64,000 nucleotides of DNA from the human T2T-CHM13v2.0 reference genome, Homo sapiens. The position numbers and the translations under genes were made by a program. The notes under the pieces were generated by a model. The model saw only the letters and a list, made by a program, of their open reading frames with translations. It did no database searches and was not told the DNA's origin. Positions within the stretch are counted from its first letter, which is position 1. The number at the start of each line of letters is the position of its first letter. This document shows positions 34,940-49,598 of this stretch, in pieces. The stretch lies in the NCBI RefSeq assembly GCF_009914755.1, contig NC_060935.1, one strand, 5' to 3'.

Positions 34940-37900
34940 CAAAAACAGTTTTTGTCTTCAGATAGGGCAGGAGCCCCCCCAAAGTATCCCAGTGCCCCCA
35001 TTCCCTACCATCTTACATCATTAGGCACTGAAGAAGAAAATAGACTGATTTTCTCCTCTGTATGCAAATGCATTACCCAGGCCACTCAGATCAGAGTCAG
35101 TCCTACTACCCAGACCATACTTATTGTATATTCAGCCTTTATGCATGCACCTATTTGTGTACTTTTTAAAACGATGTAGAGGCCCAGATGTCTAAAAAAC
35201 ATTTTTCTTTTTTTTTATTTTTATAACTAAATGAAGTTCTGATATTATGGTAGGGTCCACCTGGTGGCAAGCTCTGTAGGTAAGGCTTTCCCTCCTTACC
35301 CCTCTTTTCCTTGAAGTTAATTTGACACACTGCAAAATGTCGCATCATAGATTGTTTCATGTGAATGTTGGGAGAGGAATAGGCTCATGACTCAATGATG
35401 GTCATCTACCTTGGGAAGCAACTATTGAGGAAGGAAAATCCTATATGGCCCATCGGCATGGCCCTCTCCCTACACAGGCACCCACCTGGGGTATGATTTC
35501 CTACCACATCCTCATCCCAGCTGTGGGCCCCCTTCTGGCCCACCAGCTCTTCATGCTCACTAGCACTTATGCCTTCCTCAGAGTATGGGAGAATTTGGGT
35601 GTTCTCATTGCTTTCGTGCCTTGGTGACACAGAACTCAGGTCACATCCCACTTAGCAGAGTCTGTTTTCAGACTCCACAACTTACAGGAGGCCCTCATCA
35701 TCCATCATCCCTCTCCCCTCAGCTCTTGAAGCTGTCTTTTGGTTAGAGACGCCCATCAGCATCTCTTGCTCTTGATTTATGTCTAATCTGCTCCTCACTC
35801 TTCCAGTTGAGGAATCCTTTCAATTTTAGTATATGTGCTGCCAAAGTAAGCATCCAGTTGGGGACTCTTAATTTACTTGTTTTCACTCATCACCAATTCT
35901 TCAATGCCCACCTGCTCTCGATGTCCAGAAGACACAGGCTCTTGCAGTAACATTCTCTCACCATTTTTTTTTCTGAAGCTATTACCTCTGCCAGAGGCTT
36001 CAAGTGTCTACTTCGACATTCAAAGGCTGAGCACTAAATCATATCTTCCCTTTTGAATTTTTGCAATGAGGAGTATGTGGGGTTAGCCCTAGCTAATCAC
36101 CAAGATGAGATTAGAAGGGACTGTGCAAGAGATATCAGAGAAAAAAGCAATTGAAATTCAATGCAGTATTCTGTCACAGATGCATATTTTGAGAATAAAA
36201 TTGTCTCATTCTTTTCTTGCCTAGAATCCTGCTCCAAACACACCACACCACACACACACAAGTACACACACATCCAAGATGCTACCATAAAAGGTTTTCT
36301 AAGCATCCTTTTCTTTGTCACGAAGGGAAAGGAAAGGAACTAATATTTATTAAGTGCCTGCACCATGTGCCAGGCTCTTTGCTAGTTTCTTTTATATAAA
36401 TTACCCCTTTTATTTTTGCCTAGGAAGAAAAGAACTTGTTTTTGCATTGTCCCTAAGTGCACCATTGCTAAATTTTCCCTATCCTGCCCCTGCAGAGAAA
36501 TTCTAACATTCACCAGAAAGTCCTTGTGCCAAAGCACTCCCAATTTTTTCTCCATGATTTCATTTCCACCCTCCTGGTTCAAGTTTGCAGCTGGCATTGG
36601 GAGCAGATAGCAGTTATTCCAAAAGGAATAACCAACCCTTTGCCCAAATGATCTGAAAGAGATGAGAGCACACCCAACCCTTGAGGTCAGTTTGGATTCA
36701 GGTTAGATTCTAAGGCTATCTCAGAGCCAAACTGGCATAAACATATACCATAATTACAAAGCTAATAAAGTTGGTAAGAATGTCCTCTGACTCATATGGT
36801 TTTCATTAATCCAAAACATATTTAAGTGCCTACTCTACTATGTGGTAGAATGTACAGAACATAGGATCATCACATATGTAATATCTACCTTTTGGGAGTT
36901 CTTAGAATTCCTGTATAGTCCCAGGTGTATCTGTTTCATATAAAAACAAACCATTAAACAAAAATTTTACACTACCATGTAATTCTTCTCATCTAAATAA
37001 TGCCTCCCCACAAGGTATACCAAAGATATTTTTCCATTGATTTTTTTTCTCCCACTCAATTAACTAGCATTCTGATTAAAAAGTAGAGGAATTATCAGTG
37101 ATTGTGACATGACGTGATAAAGCCCTTGGCTCTATCTCACCTTCCTTCCACTCTAGAAAGGCCTAGGTCGGACACCAAGGATAAAAAAGCAAGAGTGTCT
37201 ATCTCATGTTTTAATCCGCAGCAGTCAAAAGGGCTTTGTCTTCGCTGGAGGCGATTTCATGAGCCTTCCCAGAATTTCTCCTTTAGAAACCCTACAGTTA
37301 GTTTCTCCAAAATCTTTATAAGTGAATGAATAAATAAGCACTGGCAGTGAAGATGAAGGATAGAATTGATGTTTATGAATGCCACTGATGTTATTTTAAT
37401 TTGGGGCTTGCAATTACTGACACTTCCTTTTATTTAAAATAAATGTCAGTCAACAAAGAGTTGTTACTCTCCTTTGAGAATCTTATAGGATTCCATTAAT
37501 CATGTATAATGATTTATATCTTTCTTAATGGTCCAAAGGAAATAATTTAGAAACCCATGCCATAATTAATATAGTCTCTTGAGTACTTATGCCGAGCAAC
37601 TCCAAAAAATGTCTCTCTCTGTCTACTCTTATTAGTTAACTGATGTTCTGTTTTCCCTATCGTTTCACTATGGAAATTTTTATGTATAAATGTTTGTTTC
37701 ATCATCATCATTTAAAACTTTCATTATGAGTTGTGACTATAAAATAATGAAGCCAACTTTCAATTTTGTCACTATATAATAATATTTTCTAAATTGTTTT
37801 CATTCTTTTTAATAGCAAACATCAAGTAACTTAAAAGAGAGAAGAAGGAAAACACAAATTGTAAAACCAAAATTGGTCAAACTGGGCAAGTTTCAGCCTG

Positions 37901-40900
37901 GTCTGCTGAGAAGACCACAGAGATTTAGAAGCAAAAGGCCCATGTTTGACTTCTGGTTCAGCTTCTTATGTACTAACAGCCGGGTCAAGTTGCTCATTTG
38001 GGGATCCTTTTGCTATGAGATGGAAATATCAGCATTTCCCAGAATCTTATAGTAATAAAAGAGTTCATTAATAGTGTGTAACAGAGCTTAGCACCATCCC
38101 AGGAACATGGAAGGTATGCAATAAGCTTCTCTTCCTGTCCACCTCCATTTCTACCTTTCCTCTTCCTCCTTTCCAGAGCTATGTGCAGGTTTCCAGAGGC
38201 ACAGTATTTTTTTAATTTCAATTCAGAGGAAGAGATATTCTCAACAGAATAATAGGGTTCCCAGCAAGTAGTTGGAGTATAGGAAGCAACGGGTGGGAGA
38301 CGGCATTCAACATGAAGGAGGGCCTGTGCCAGGTCCACAACAACCAGGCTGATGTTTAGGAATGAGCTCTAATCCCTAGGAGGTGACCTGACAAGAAATA
38401 AGGCAGGGTCTCAGTCTAGGAGGACACTGAGACACTGGACAGAAACCATAATTAGATGGACAAGGATCAAGGCAGAATGCCAGAAATGTGTCTTAGAACA
38501 CTTCAAACAAGTGGATTTTAAAGACGAAGAGCAATCCACTCACCAGGATTGAAGCACATAGAGGAAAAATTGGGGCTTGGAAATGAGACAGGGGCCCAAC
38601 CATAAGAAGTGGAATGCCCCATTAACATCAGGCAGGTGTCTGCGTGACTAAGTGCTGAGTCCCACGATATAGGCAGGAATGAGCCTACAGGCAGGAATGA
38701 GCCTATAGCGGGGAATTCAAGAGCCTACCCTGGAGTGAAAATAGAAAACAGTCTAGACTTGAAAAATACTTGTTTAGATGTTATCAAGAGTCTTACAAAC
38801 AAATTTAAATGGACGCATTCTATGCCTTCTAAGATTTTATTGTGAGAAGTAGAAGGCCACAATGAGAGCAGTCTTGCTGTAGGGAAGATGTGTGAGTCAT
38901 ATACAAGCCTAACAAAACAAGGTTTTTTTATTTATTTTTCATGCAAAGAGAGGATGAGTTTCATATTGGAGAGACAGATAAAGAGAGATTCTTAGAAGAA
39001 CTGGGGGGTTTGGAGCTGTTTGGCTGGGCAGTATGAGATAAAGATATGGAGTAAGCCGTATTTTCTAAATATAAAATGTAGTTTCGGAGAATACACAAGA
39101 AAGCACAGAAAGAATGTTAAGTACAGTGGATTTTAATTAATTTGTATAAGAGGGACAGAGGAATCAAAATCAGTAGGAAAAGATTTAAGAACCAAGGTAA
39201 TCCAGACACCAAGTGCATGAAATCTAATGAATCCAAGGTAGCACTACCAGAAAAGGACTCAACTTTAATTTTCTATGGGACTGAGAGCAAACCTGCATTT
39301 TTATAGCAGCTATCATCCTCGAATTCTTCATATTAATTCCATAAAAGGAAACAGGCAGAGGGATGAAAACAATAAATAATGCATTCTACATATTCCTGAT
39401 CTTAAGAATATTAGCTGAAATTATATTCTAGACTAATCTTCCATTCATTCCAAAGAGCTATGTGCATTTATGTACTAATTGGTCAGTTTGGGAAAAAAAC
39501 AAAACACACATTCATGAAAATGGTAATTTTGTAGTAGAAGAACGGTGCCTGTGATGAAAAATGACCTCTTTAGAGGTGACTTGTAGTAGCTATTTGAGAA
39601 AGGTAAGCAACTCTTGGTTAAAGGCATAGGATTTTTATGCTATGTGTTATTTTAGCCAGATATGTGAAATAAATTCTGTTGAACATACTGAGGACTTCCC
39701 ACTTGGACTCCTTAACTAAGTGGGTAAATAGAATGTTTATCTGGGTAAGAAGAAAAGGCACTAAACCAGAAATTTGAAAACAAAGATTTTAAATCCAACT
39801 CCTATAAACTTAAAAGTATTGTTTTTGTCAAATCATTTAACCTTTCTTTTCTTCTATTTTTTCATCTCTAAAGTAATGCCATACTACTTTAGTCCTCCAC
39901 AAACCCTCTTAACTGTAACATTTATTGTCATAACCATCCATTTGACCCCTAGCATATGACTGATGTATTGAAGATCTACATCCTCAGAGAGAGATTAAAC
40001 TTTCCAGAAAATCCATCTTACGTATTGTTAAATGGATGTATTCTATGCCTTTTAAGATCTTATTTTGAGATTTTCACATATTGTTGAAAATAAAAATTCC
40101 ACAAAGCAAGAGAAAAATTTATTAGCTATTTTACACTCTATTAAAAACATAACTAATGACTTTGAATTTTGTCAAATATAGTAATTCAAAATTTTGCAAA
40201 CAGATTATTACCAGAATAAATACTGGGGTCTGGTGAACACTAAATAAAGATTCTGCTTTCAAGGAAAAGATAAAGTTCCATTAAAAAAACCTATAAAGTG
40301 CATGAGCAGATCTTGATATTGTTTTTAAATCATGATAGACTTGCAGCCGACTGCCAGTGAATGTAGTAAATAGAACATACATTTATCTCTCTCATATTTA
40401 CCTTTTACTTTCTTTCTTTACAAAAATGGGGATTTTTTTAAAGTTTATGCTCTCAATTTCACAAAAAAAAAGAAAGAAAAGACCTCAGATGTGTCAACAA
40501 TAGTTTGGAAGACTAGAATCAAAATAAACTGTAACCAACTGTAAAACAGAGGAAGCTGAAACCTAAGGGCTTGTGGAGGGTAATGCAAAATGCAGAAGGG
40601 CTCGAGGAAAGTAGAAATTGGAACTGGGATAGGAAGAATGATCCACAAGTCTTGGGAAGACATTTGATACTTGGCTCCAGTTGGTACAGTCAAGTGACTT
40701 CCCCTCCCCAACTCTCACAGAAGCCAAGCTATTTATCCTCTGGAGATCTTGGAAGAAGGCAGCTCTGTGCCTGAGACCAAGATAATGGTTTGGGGTTGCA
40801 ATGAAAGCAGATAACTTGGGAGAAGTTTACATCCCCTGCTCTGCTCTTGTTATGCTGGCAGACAGGTTTGTATCCTCCAGGGAAGAGATAGAAGGTTTCC

Positions 40901-41139
40901 TTTTTACCAGCCAAAAGAAAAGCTATGGGCTGGTAGAGATCTCCCAGGCTCATCCAGTCACTCTCAGTGAGCCCTACCACTATGTGCACTGCCATTCAAT
41001 TTTAAGTGCTTCATTCTTGAAATCAACACTCAGGGACCACCAGGCATTTGAGGAAAGGCTCTAAAAAGAGTAGTTTTTTGTTTTATTTATTTATTTATTT
41101 ATTTTTATTTTTTATTATACTTCAAGTTTTTGTTTTAAA

Positions 41140-41750
41140 AAAAGAAACAGAAATATACAAGGCAGATAGCAGGAAAAAAATTCATTAAAAATATATAATT
41201 AAAATATTCAAAGATACTACTCCTGGAAATTAAAGATGACTATAATTAAATTGAAAACAAAAAGAACTGTAATATAATATTGAAGAAATCTCCCAGAAAG
41301 CAGAACAAGAAAACACAGAGATAGAAAATAGGGGAGAAAATGTGAGAAAACTAAAAGATCCAATCAGATTACATATCTGAATGATGAGAGTTCCAGAAAG
41401 AAAACAAAAGAAATGGAAGAGATTATTAATACAAGAAAGTTTCACAGAAACAAAATACATGACTTTGAAGATTGAAAGAACCTACAAGTGCCCAGTAAAA
41501 TAAAAACTGAAAATAACAAGAACATTCTAAAAGCTTCAAATGACAAAAAAGGGGCTACCAATAGCATAGGGAATCCAAGTGTTGCCAGACATCATATCAG
41601 CAACCCTCGAGGTGAAAAGCAGGGGAGAAATCTCTTACATTTTTTAAGAAAAATTATTTTCAATCTAGAATTTTACATTGAACTAAATACTTAGTCAAGT
41701 AGGCAGGTAGAAAAACAATCTTATTGGACTTGTTTGTTTTCAAATATTTT
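41140..41750 (+). mobile_element. Old L1 (L1M) ORF1-region fragment
   Basis: A-rich, ttgaagaaatctcccagaaagcagaac...tcaatctagaattttac. Confidence 0.6.
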
Positions 41751-41757
41751 ACTACAC

Positions 41758-42138
41758 TCTTCCCCCACCCAAATCTCATTTTGAATTGTAACTCCCACAG
41801 TTCCCATGTGTTGTGGGAGGGACCTGGTGGAAGTTAATTGAATCATGGAGGCAAGTCTTTCCCAGGCTATTCTCGTGATAGTGACTATGTCTCATGGGAT
41901 CTGATTGTTTTAAAAAGGGGAGTTTTCCCGCACAAGTTTTCTTCTCTTGCCTGCTGCCATGTCAGACGTGCCTAGCACCTTCCGCCATGATTGTGAGGCA
42001 TCCCAGGCCACGTGGAACTCCCGGGCCACGTGGAACTCCTGGGCCACGTGGAACTGTAAGTCCAATAAACCTCTTTATTTTGTAAATTGCCCAGTCGTGA
42101 GTATGTCTTTATCAGCAGCATGAAAATGAACTAATACA
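41758..42138 (+). mobile_element. THE1 solo LTR
   Basis: ccccacccaaatctcattttgaattgtaactccc...atcagcagcatgaaaatgaactaataca. Confidence 0.88.
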
Positions 42139-42171
42139 CTTCCCTTTTGCCTTTTCTCAATAAACTATTAG

Positions 42172-42920
<749 letters not shown>

Positions 42921-43019
42921 TTCTAGAGGATGTACTCCACTAAGCAAGGAAAGATGCAGGCATGAGATCTAGAATAACTTAGAGCAGTGCCAGCATTTAA
43001 TGTAAAAATATAAAAGTAT

Positions 43020-43325
<306 letters not shown>

Positions 43326-44739
43326 AGTATAGCCCCCCAAAATTACTGAAAGTATTAAAGGTGGTTTCCTCTGGGAATTTAAAAGGGGTGGAAGGACAAG
43401 GGACTGCAATTTGCCTATAAGTTGTATAATTCTTTAATTAAATGCATTGGTAGTAATATTAATTTCTAATAAAACATTAAAAAGTGAAAAGAAAGAGAAA
43501 AAAGGCTTGCAGCTTATACCTAGAGATTTACATAACAGACATAAAAACATACCTTCTATGAAAAACGCAGCCGACTTGATGTGCCTCCATAGATGTTGAC
43601 ATCTTTCTCCTGCTAGGCAGTAGACGTTTTGAAGGCTGGGATTGTATTGCTGACTACTTTAGCCTTAACATCCAGAATGCTCACTAAACTACCCACTAAC
43701 CCACCACAGAGAAAATTAGTTAACGTTATAGTGTAAATTCTCCTAGAATATTTCCTGTTCATAGGATTTGTGTTAGTTTGTTTTTGCTAGACTTGGTATC
43801 AGAATGATGATATATTTATAAAATAAATTTGGTAGTTTTTCAGCTGTTATGTAACAGTTAAATGCAATTATTAAAAGAACTTACCAAATAATTAAAAATA
43901 ACTTTATGTTTAATTCTACTTTATCTTAATGTTTTACATAATTTTTATCTAATTGCTAAAATCTATAACCAAAATTATTTTTAAGCCCAATATATGGAAG
44001 ATGAAGAATTCAATACTTTCATTTTTTTCTCCAATGGTTACCTTCTCATTTATCATTAATCTCTCTTATAATATAGAAAGTTCCTTCAGATAATGTTATA
44101 ACATTGTTTCTAACTACTTTTTCGATGAAGTAATTTTAATATTTATTATTTGTCTTTTCACACTTAGTAATTTATTTTTTTTTTTTATTTTTCAGTTTGA
44201 GAAGGCTCCAGAATCACTAGCTGGGCCAATTGGTGAGGGTCTTCTCTTATTAGAGTCTTGTGCATAAAGACTAAGAGATTTGGGTTTTTTTTTTTTTAAT
44301 GCAAAGACACCAACACAAAGAGTCAAGAAAAATGAAGAAATAGAGAAATGCATCCCAAAGAAAGAAACAAGTTAAAGCTCCAGAAACTGACCCTAATGAA
44401 AAAGAGATATATGAATTACCTGACAGAGAATTCAAAATAATTGCCATAGAGATGTTTATCAAACCCGGGGGCCAGGGGTGGGGGCTATTGCATAAACAAA
44501 GTGAAAATCTCAACAAATAGATTTAAAAATATTACAAATAACCAGACAGAAATCTTCAAGCTGAAGAATACATTAACTGAATTGAAATTTTTTCTAGAGG
44601 TGTTGAACAGCACACTAGATAACAAAGAAAAAAAATCAGTTAATTTAAAGAAAGGCCATTTAAAATTATCCAGTCAGAGATGCAATAAGGAAAAAAAATT
44701 TGAAAAAGAGTGAAAAAAGCTTAAGGGACTTATGGGATA

Positions 44740-44855
44740 CCATTAAGTGGACCAGTATATGCACTGGTCCATTAAGTGGACCAGTATATGCACTGGTCCA
44801 TTAAGTGGACCAGTATATGCACTGGTTCATTAAGTGGACCAGTATATGCACTGGG
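44740..44855. repeat. 4 x 29-bp self-complementary minisatellite (ccattaagtggaccagtatatgcactggt)
   Basis: Three identical copies plus one with two substitutions. Confidence 0.95.
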
Positions 44856-45256
44856 TTAGGAAAGTCATAGAAGGAGAATAGAAAAAGAAAGAGCTATACA
44901 GCTAATTCAAATAAATGATGGTCAAAAAATTCTCAACTCCTCTGAAGAAAATGGACATTCAGATGCAGGAAGCCCAACAGATCCCAAATAGAATGAACCC
45001 AAAGAAATACACAATGAGATACATTCTAATCAAATTGTCAAAAATTCTTGCAAAAGAATTTTGCAAGCAGCAGGGGAAAACTGACTTATCATATACAAGG
45101 GAATTCATAAAATATACAGGAATTTCCATGGGCTGTCAGCAGATTTCTCAGTAGAAATCTTGCAGGACAGAAAGGAGTCGGATGATATTTTCAAAGTGCT
45201 GAAAGAAAAGCACTGGCAATAAGAATGTTCTATCCAGCCATGCTGTCTTTTTAAAA

Positions 45257-46571
45257 CACTCACATGATATACAAAAAATCAACTCAAAACGGATTAAAGA
45301 AACATAATATCTGAAACTATATAACTAGTAAAAGTAAACAGGGGGAGAACTACACAACATTTGTCTGAGCAATAATTATTTTTAATCTGATGAATAAAGA
45401 ACAGAAAACAAAAGGAAAACTAGACAACTATGATTAGATCAAAGCTAAAAGCTTCTGTACATCAAAAGGAACAACTAACAGAGTGAAGAGACAACCTACA
45501 ATTAGGGAGAAAATATTTTCAAGTCATACATCTGATAAGAGGCCAATATCAAAAATATATAAGGAATTCAAACAACTCTATAAAAAGAAAACAAATAGTC
45601 TAATTAAGAAATAAGCAAGTGGCCTGAATAGACATTTCTCAAAAGAAGACATGAATGGGTAACAGAAATATGAAAAAAATGTTCAACATCACTAATCATT
45701 AAGGAGATACAAATTAAAACTCCAATGAGATATGATCTCACACTTATTAGAATGGCAATTATCAAAAAAGACACAAGACAACAAGTGTTGGTAAGGATGT
45801 AGAGAAAAGGGAATCCTTGCACACTATTGGTGGAAACATAATTTAGTGAAGCCATTATGAAAAACAGTATGGAGTTTCCTCAAAAAACTGAAAACTGAAT
45901 TACCATATAATTCAGCAATCCTACTTCTGGGTATTTACCCAAAAGATTTGAATATGTGAAATCAATATGTGTCGCATTCCCAGGTTCATTGCAGCATTAT
46001 TCACAATAGCCATGTTATGGAATCAACCTGTTTCCATCAAGGGATAAAGAGGCAAAGAAAATGTGGTATACATGCATAATGAAATACTCTTCAGCTTTGA
46101 AAAACAAAGAAATTCTGTCATTTGCTGCAACAGAGAGGAGACTGGAGAATATTATGCTAAGTAAAATAAGCTAAACACAGACAAAGTTTTCACATATATG
46201 TGGAATACAAAACAATTAAACCCATAGAAGTAGAGAATAGAATGGTAGTTACCAGAGGCTGCAAGGTAGGGGGAATGCGAAGATGGCAGACAAAGGTTAC
46301 AAAGCCACAGTTAGGTAGGAAGGATAAGTTTAATTTTTTTCAGATCAGTAACACAACATGTTGCATATAGCTAACAATTGAATATTGAATGCTTCTATAT
46401 CACTGAGGCAATAAATTTCTAATTTTTTCAACACAAAAAAATGCTAAATATTTGAGGTGATAGATATGTTATTAGCTTAATTTAATCATTCCACACTATA
46501 TTCAAAAATTACAACACAGCTTTGTGCCTCATAAATATATACGACTATAATTATTCAATATACAATGACAT
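45257..46571 (+). mobile_element. L1MA 3' fragment nested in the host L1 ORF1
   Basis: L1 3' end; flanking tttttaaaa duplication; host ORF1 resumes at tgaaggagaaatacagactttccc. Confidence 0.8.
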
Positions 46572-46696
46572 TTTTTAAAATGAAGGAGAAATACAGACTT
46601 TCCCAGACAAACTGAAGCTGAGGAAGTTCATCAGCACTAGACTTGCCTTAAAAGAAATGCTAAAGGGAGTTCTTCAAGTTAAAACAAAAAAAATGC

Positions 46697-49598
46697 TATC
46701 ACGCTTGTAACCCCAGCACTTTGAGAGGCAAAGATGGAAGGATCACTTGAGGCCAGGGGTTCAAGAGCAGCCTGGGCAACATAGGCAGACCCCATCTCTA
46801 CAAATACTTTTTTAGAAAATTAGCTAGGCCAGATGTGGTAGCTCACACCTGTAATTCCAGCACGTTGGGAGGCTTAGGTGGGTGGATCATTTGAGGCCAA
46901 GAGTTTGAGACCAGCTTAGACAACATGGTGAAACCCCATCTCTATTAAAAATACAAAAATTAACTGGGTATGGTGGTGCATCCCTGTAGTCCCAGCTACT
47001 CAGGAGACTGAGGCACAGGAATCATTTGAGCTCTGGAGGCAGAGGTTGCAGTGAGCCAAGATCATGCCACTGCACTGCAGCCTGGTCAACAGAGCAAGAA
47101 AGGAAAAGAGAGGAGAGGAGGGAGAGGGAGAGGGAGAGGCAATTAGCCAGGCATTGTAGGACATGCCTGTGATCCCAGCTACTCAGGATGCTGAGGTGGG
47201 AAGATTGCCTGAACCTGGGAAGTTGCATTAGACCATTTTCATGCTACTGATAAAGATATAACTGAGACTGGGAAATTTACAAAGTAAAGAGGTTTAATTG
47301 GACTTACAGTTTCACGTGGCTGGGGAAGCCTCACAATCATGGCAGAAGGCAAGGAGGAGTAAGTCCCATCTTACATGGATTGCAGCAGGCAAAGAGAAAA
47401 TGAGGAAGACGCAAAAGCAGAAACCCCTGATGAAACCATCAGATCTCATGGGACTTATTCACTAATACCACAAAAACAGCATGGGGGAAACTACCGCCAT
47501 GATTCAATTATCTCCCACCGGGTCCCTCCCACAACATGTGGGAATTATGGGAGTCCAATTCAAGGTGAGATTTGGGTTGGGACACAGAGCCAAACTGTAT
47601 CATTCTGCCCTGGCCTCTGCCAAATCTCATGTCCTCACATTTCAAAACCAATTATACCTTCCCAACAGTCCCCCAAAGTCCTAACTCATTTCAGCATTAA
47701 CTTAAAAGTCCACAGTCCAAAGTTTCATTTGAGATAAGGCAAGTCCCTTCTGCCTATGAGCCTGTAAAATAAAAAGCAAGGTAGTTATTTCCTAGATACA
47801 ATGGGGCTACAGACATTGGGTAAACACAGCCATTCCAACTGGCCAAAACAAAGGGGCTTCAGACCCCATGCATGTCTGAAATCCAGCAGGGCAGCCAAAT
47901 CTTAAATCTCCAGAATGATCTCCTTTGACTCCATGTCTCACATCCAGGTCATGCTGATGCAACAGGTGGGTTCTCATTGTCTTGGGCAGCTCCACCACTG
48001 TAGCTTTGCAGGGTACAGCCTACCTCTTGGCTGCTTTCACAGGCTGGCATTGAGTGTTTGCAGCTTTTCCAGGCACACAGTGCAAGCTGTCAGTGGATCT
48101 ACCATTCTAGGGGCTGGAGGACAATGGCCCTTTTCTCACAGTTCCAGTAGGCAGTGCCCCAGTAGGTAGGGACTCTGTGTGGGGCCCCAACCCCACATTT
48201 CCCTTCCACACTGCCCTAGCAGAGGTTCTCCATGAGAGCCCCACCACTGCAGCAAACTTCTGCTTGGACATCCAGGCATTTCCATACATCCTCTGAAATC
48301 TAGGCAGAGGTTTGCAAACCCCAATTCTTGACTTCTGTGCACTGGCAGGCTCAACACCATGTGGAAGCTGCCAAGGCTTGAGGCTTGCACCCTCTGAAGG
48401 CACAGCCCAAGGTCTACGTTGGCTGGAGCAGCTGGGATGCAGGGCACCAAATTCCTAGGCTGCATGCAGCACAGGGATCCTGGGCATGGTCCAGGAAACC
48501 ATTTTCTCCTAGGCCCCCAGGACTGTGATGGGAGGGGCTGCCATGAAGACCTCTGACATGCCCTAGAGACATTTTCCCCATTGTCTTGGGGATTAACATT
48601 AGGCTCATTACTTATGCAAATTTCCACAGCCAACTTGAATTTCTCCTCAGAAAAGGAGTTTTTCTTTTCTATCACATTATCAGGCTGCAAATTTTCTGAA
48701 CTTTTATGCTCTGCTTTTCTTATAAAACTGAATGCCTTTAAAAGCACCCAAGTTACATCTTGAATGATTTGCTTCTTAGAAATTTCTTCTGCCAGATACC
48801 CTAAATCATCTCTCTCAAGTTCAAAGTTCCACTAATCTCTAGGGCAGGGGCAAAATGCTGCCAGTTTCTTTGCTAAAACATAACAAGAGTCACCTTTGCT
48901 CCATTTCCCAACAACTTCCTCATCTCCATTTGAGGCCACCTCACCTGGATTTCATTGTCCATATCATTATTAGCATTTTGGTCAAAGCCATTCAACACTG
49001 GAACTCTAGGGAGCTCCAAACTTTCCCACATTTTCCTGTCTTCTCCTGAGCCCTCCAAACTGTTCCCACCTCTGCCTGTTACCCAGTTCCAAAGTTGCTT
49101 CCACATTTTCAAGTATCTTTTCAGCAGTGCCCCACTCTACTGGTACCAATTTACTGTATTAGTCCATTTTCACGTTACTGATAAAGACATAACCAAGACT
49201 GGGCAATTTACAAAAAAAAAAAAAAGAGGTTTAATTGGACTTACAGTTCCACGTGGCAGAAGGCAAGGAGGAGCAAATCCCATTTTACATGGATGGCAGC
49301 AGACAAAGAGAGAATGAAGAAAATGCAAAAGCTGAAACCCCGATAAAACCATCAGATCTCATGAGACTTATTCACTACCACAAGAACAGTATGGGGAAAA
49401 CTGCCACCATGATTCAACTATTTCCCATAGGGTCCCTCCCACAACATGTGGGAATTATGGGAGTCCAATTCAAGATGAGATTTGGGTGGAGACACAGAGC
49501 CAAACTATATCAGAAGTTGAGGCTGCAGTGAGTCATGATCATTCCACTGCGCTCCAGCCTGGGTGACAATGTGGGACCTTATCTCAAGAAAAAAAAAC
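46697..49598 (+). mobile_element. AluJ-like element split by a second Alu (46827-47140) and by THE1
   Basis: Left arm 46697-46826; right arm 47141-47223 plus 49513-49598. Confidence 0.85.
47224..49512 (-). mobile_element. Full-length THE1 (MaLR) provirus: LTR 47224-47602, internal 47603-49154, LTR 49155-49512
   Basis: Two homologous LTRs with TG...CA ends, 5-bp TSD gaagt (47219-47223, 49513-49517); the 203-aa ORF 48136-48747 lies in the internal region. Confidence 0.93.

Noticed and set aside
38240-38760. Possible ancient LTR-like segment (similar impression at ~12390-12925)
   Set aside because: Composition is suggestive only; no family could be identified by eye.
44740-44855. 29-bp palindromic repeats as a CRISPR-like array
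   Set aside because: The units are contiguous with no spacers, derive from L1, and lie in primate DNA.
48136-48747. 203-aa ORF as a novel gene
   Set aside because: It lies wholly within THE1 internal sequence.
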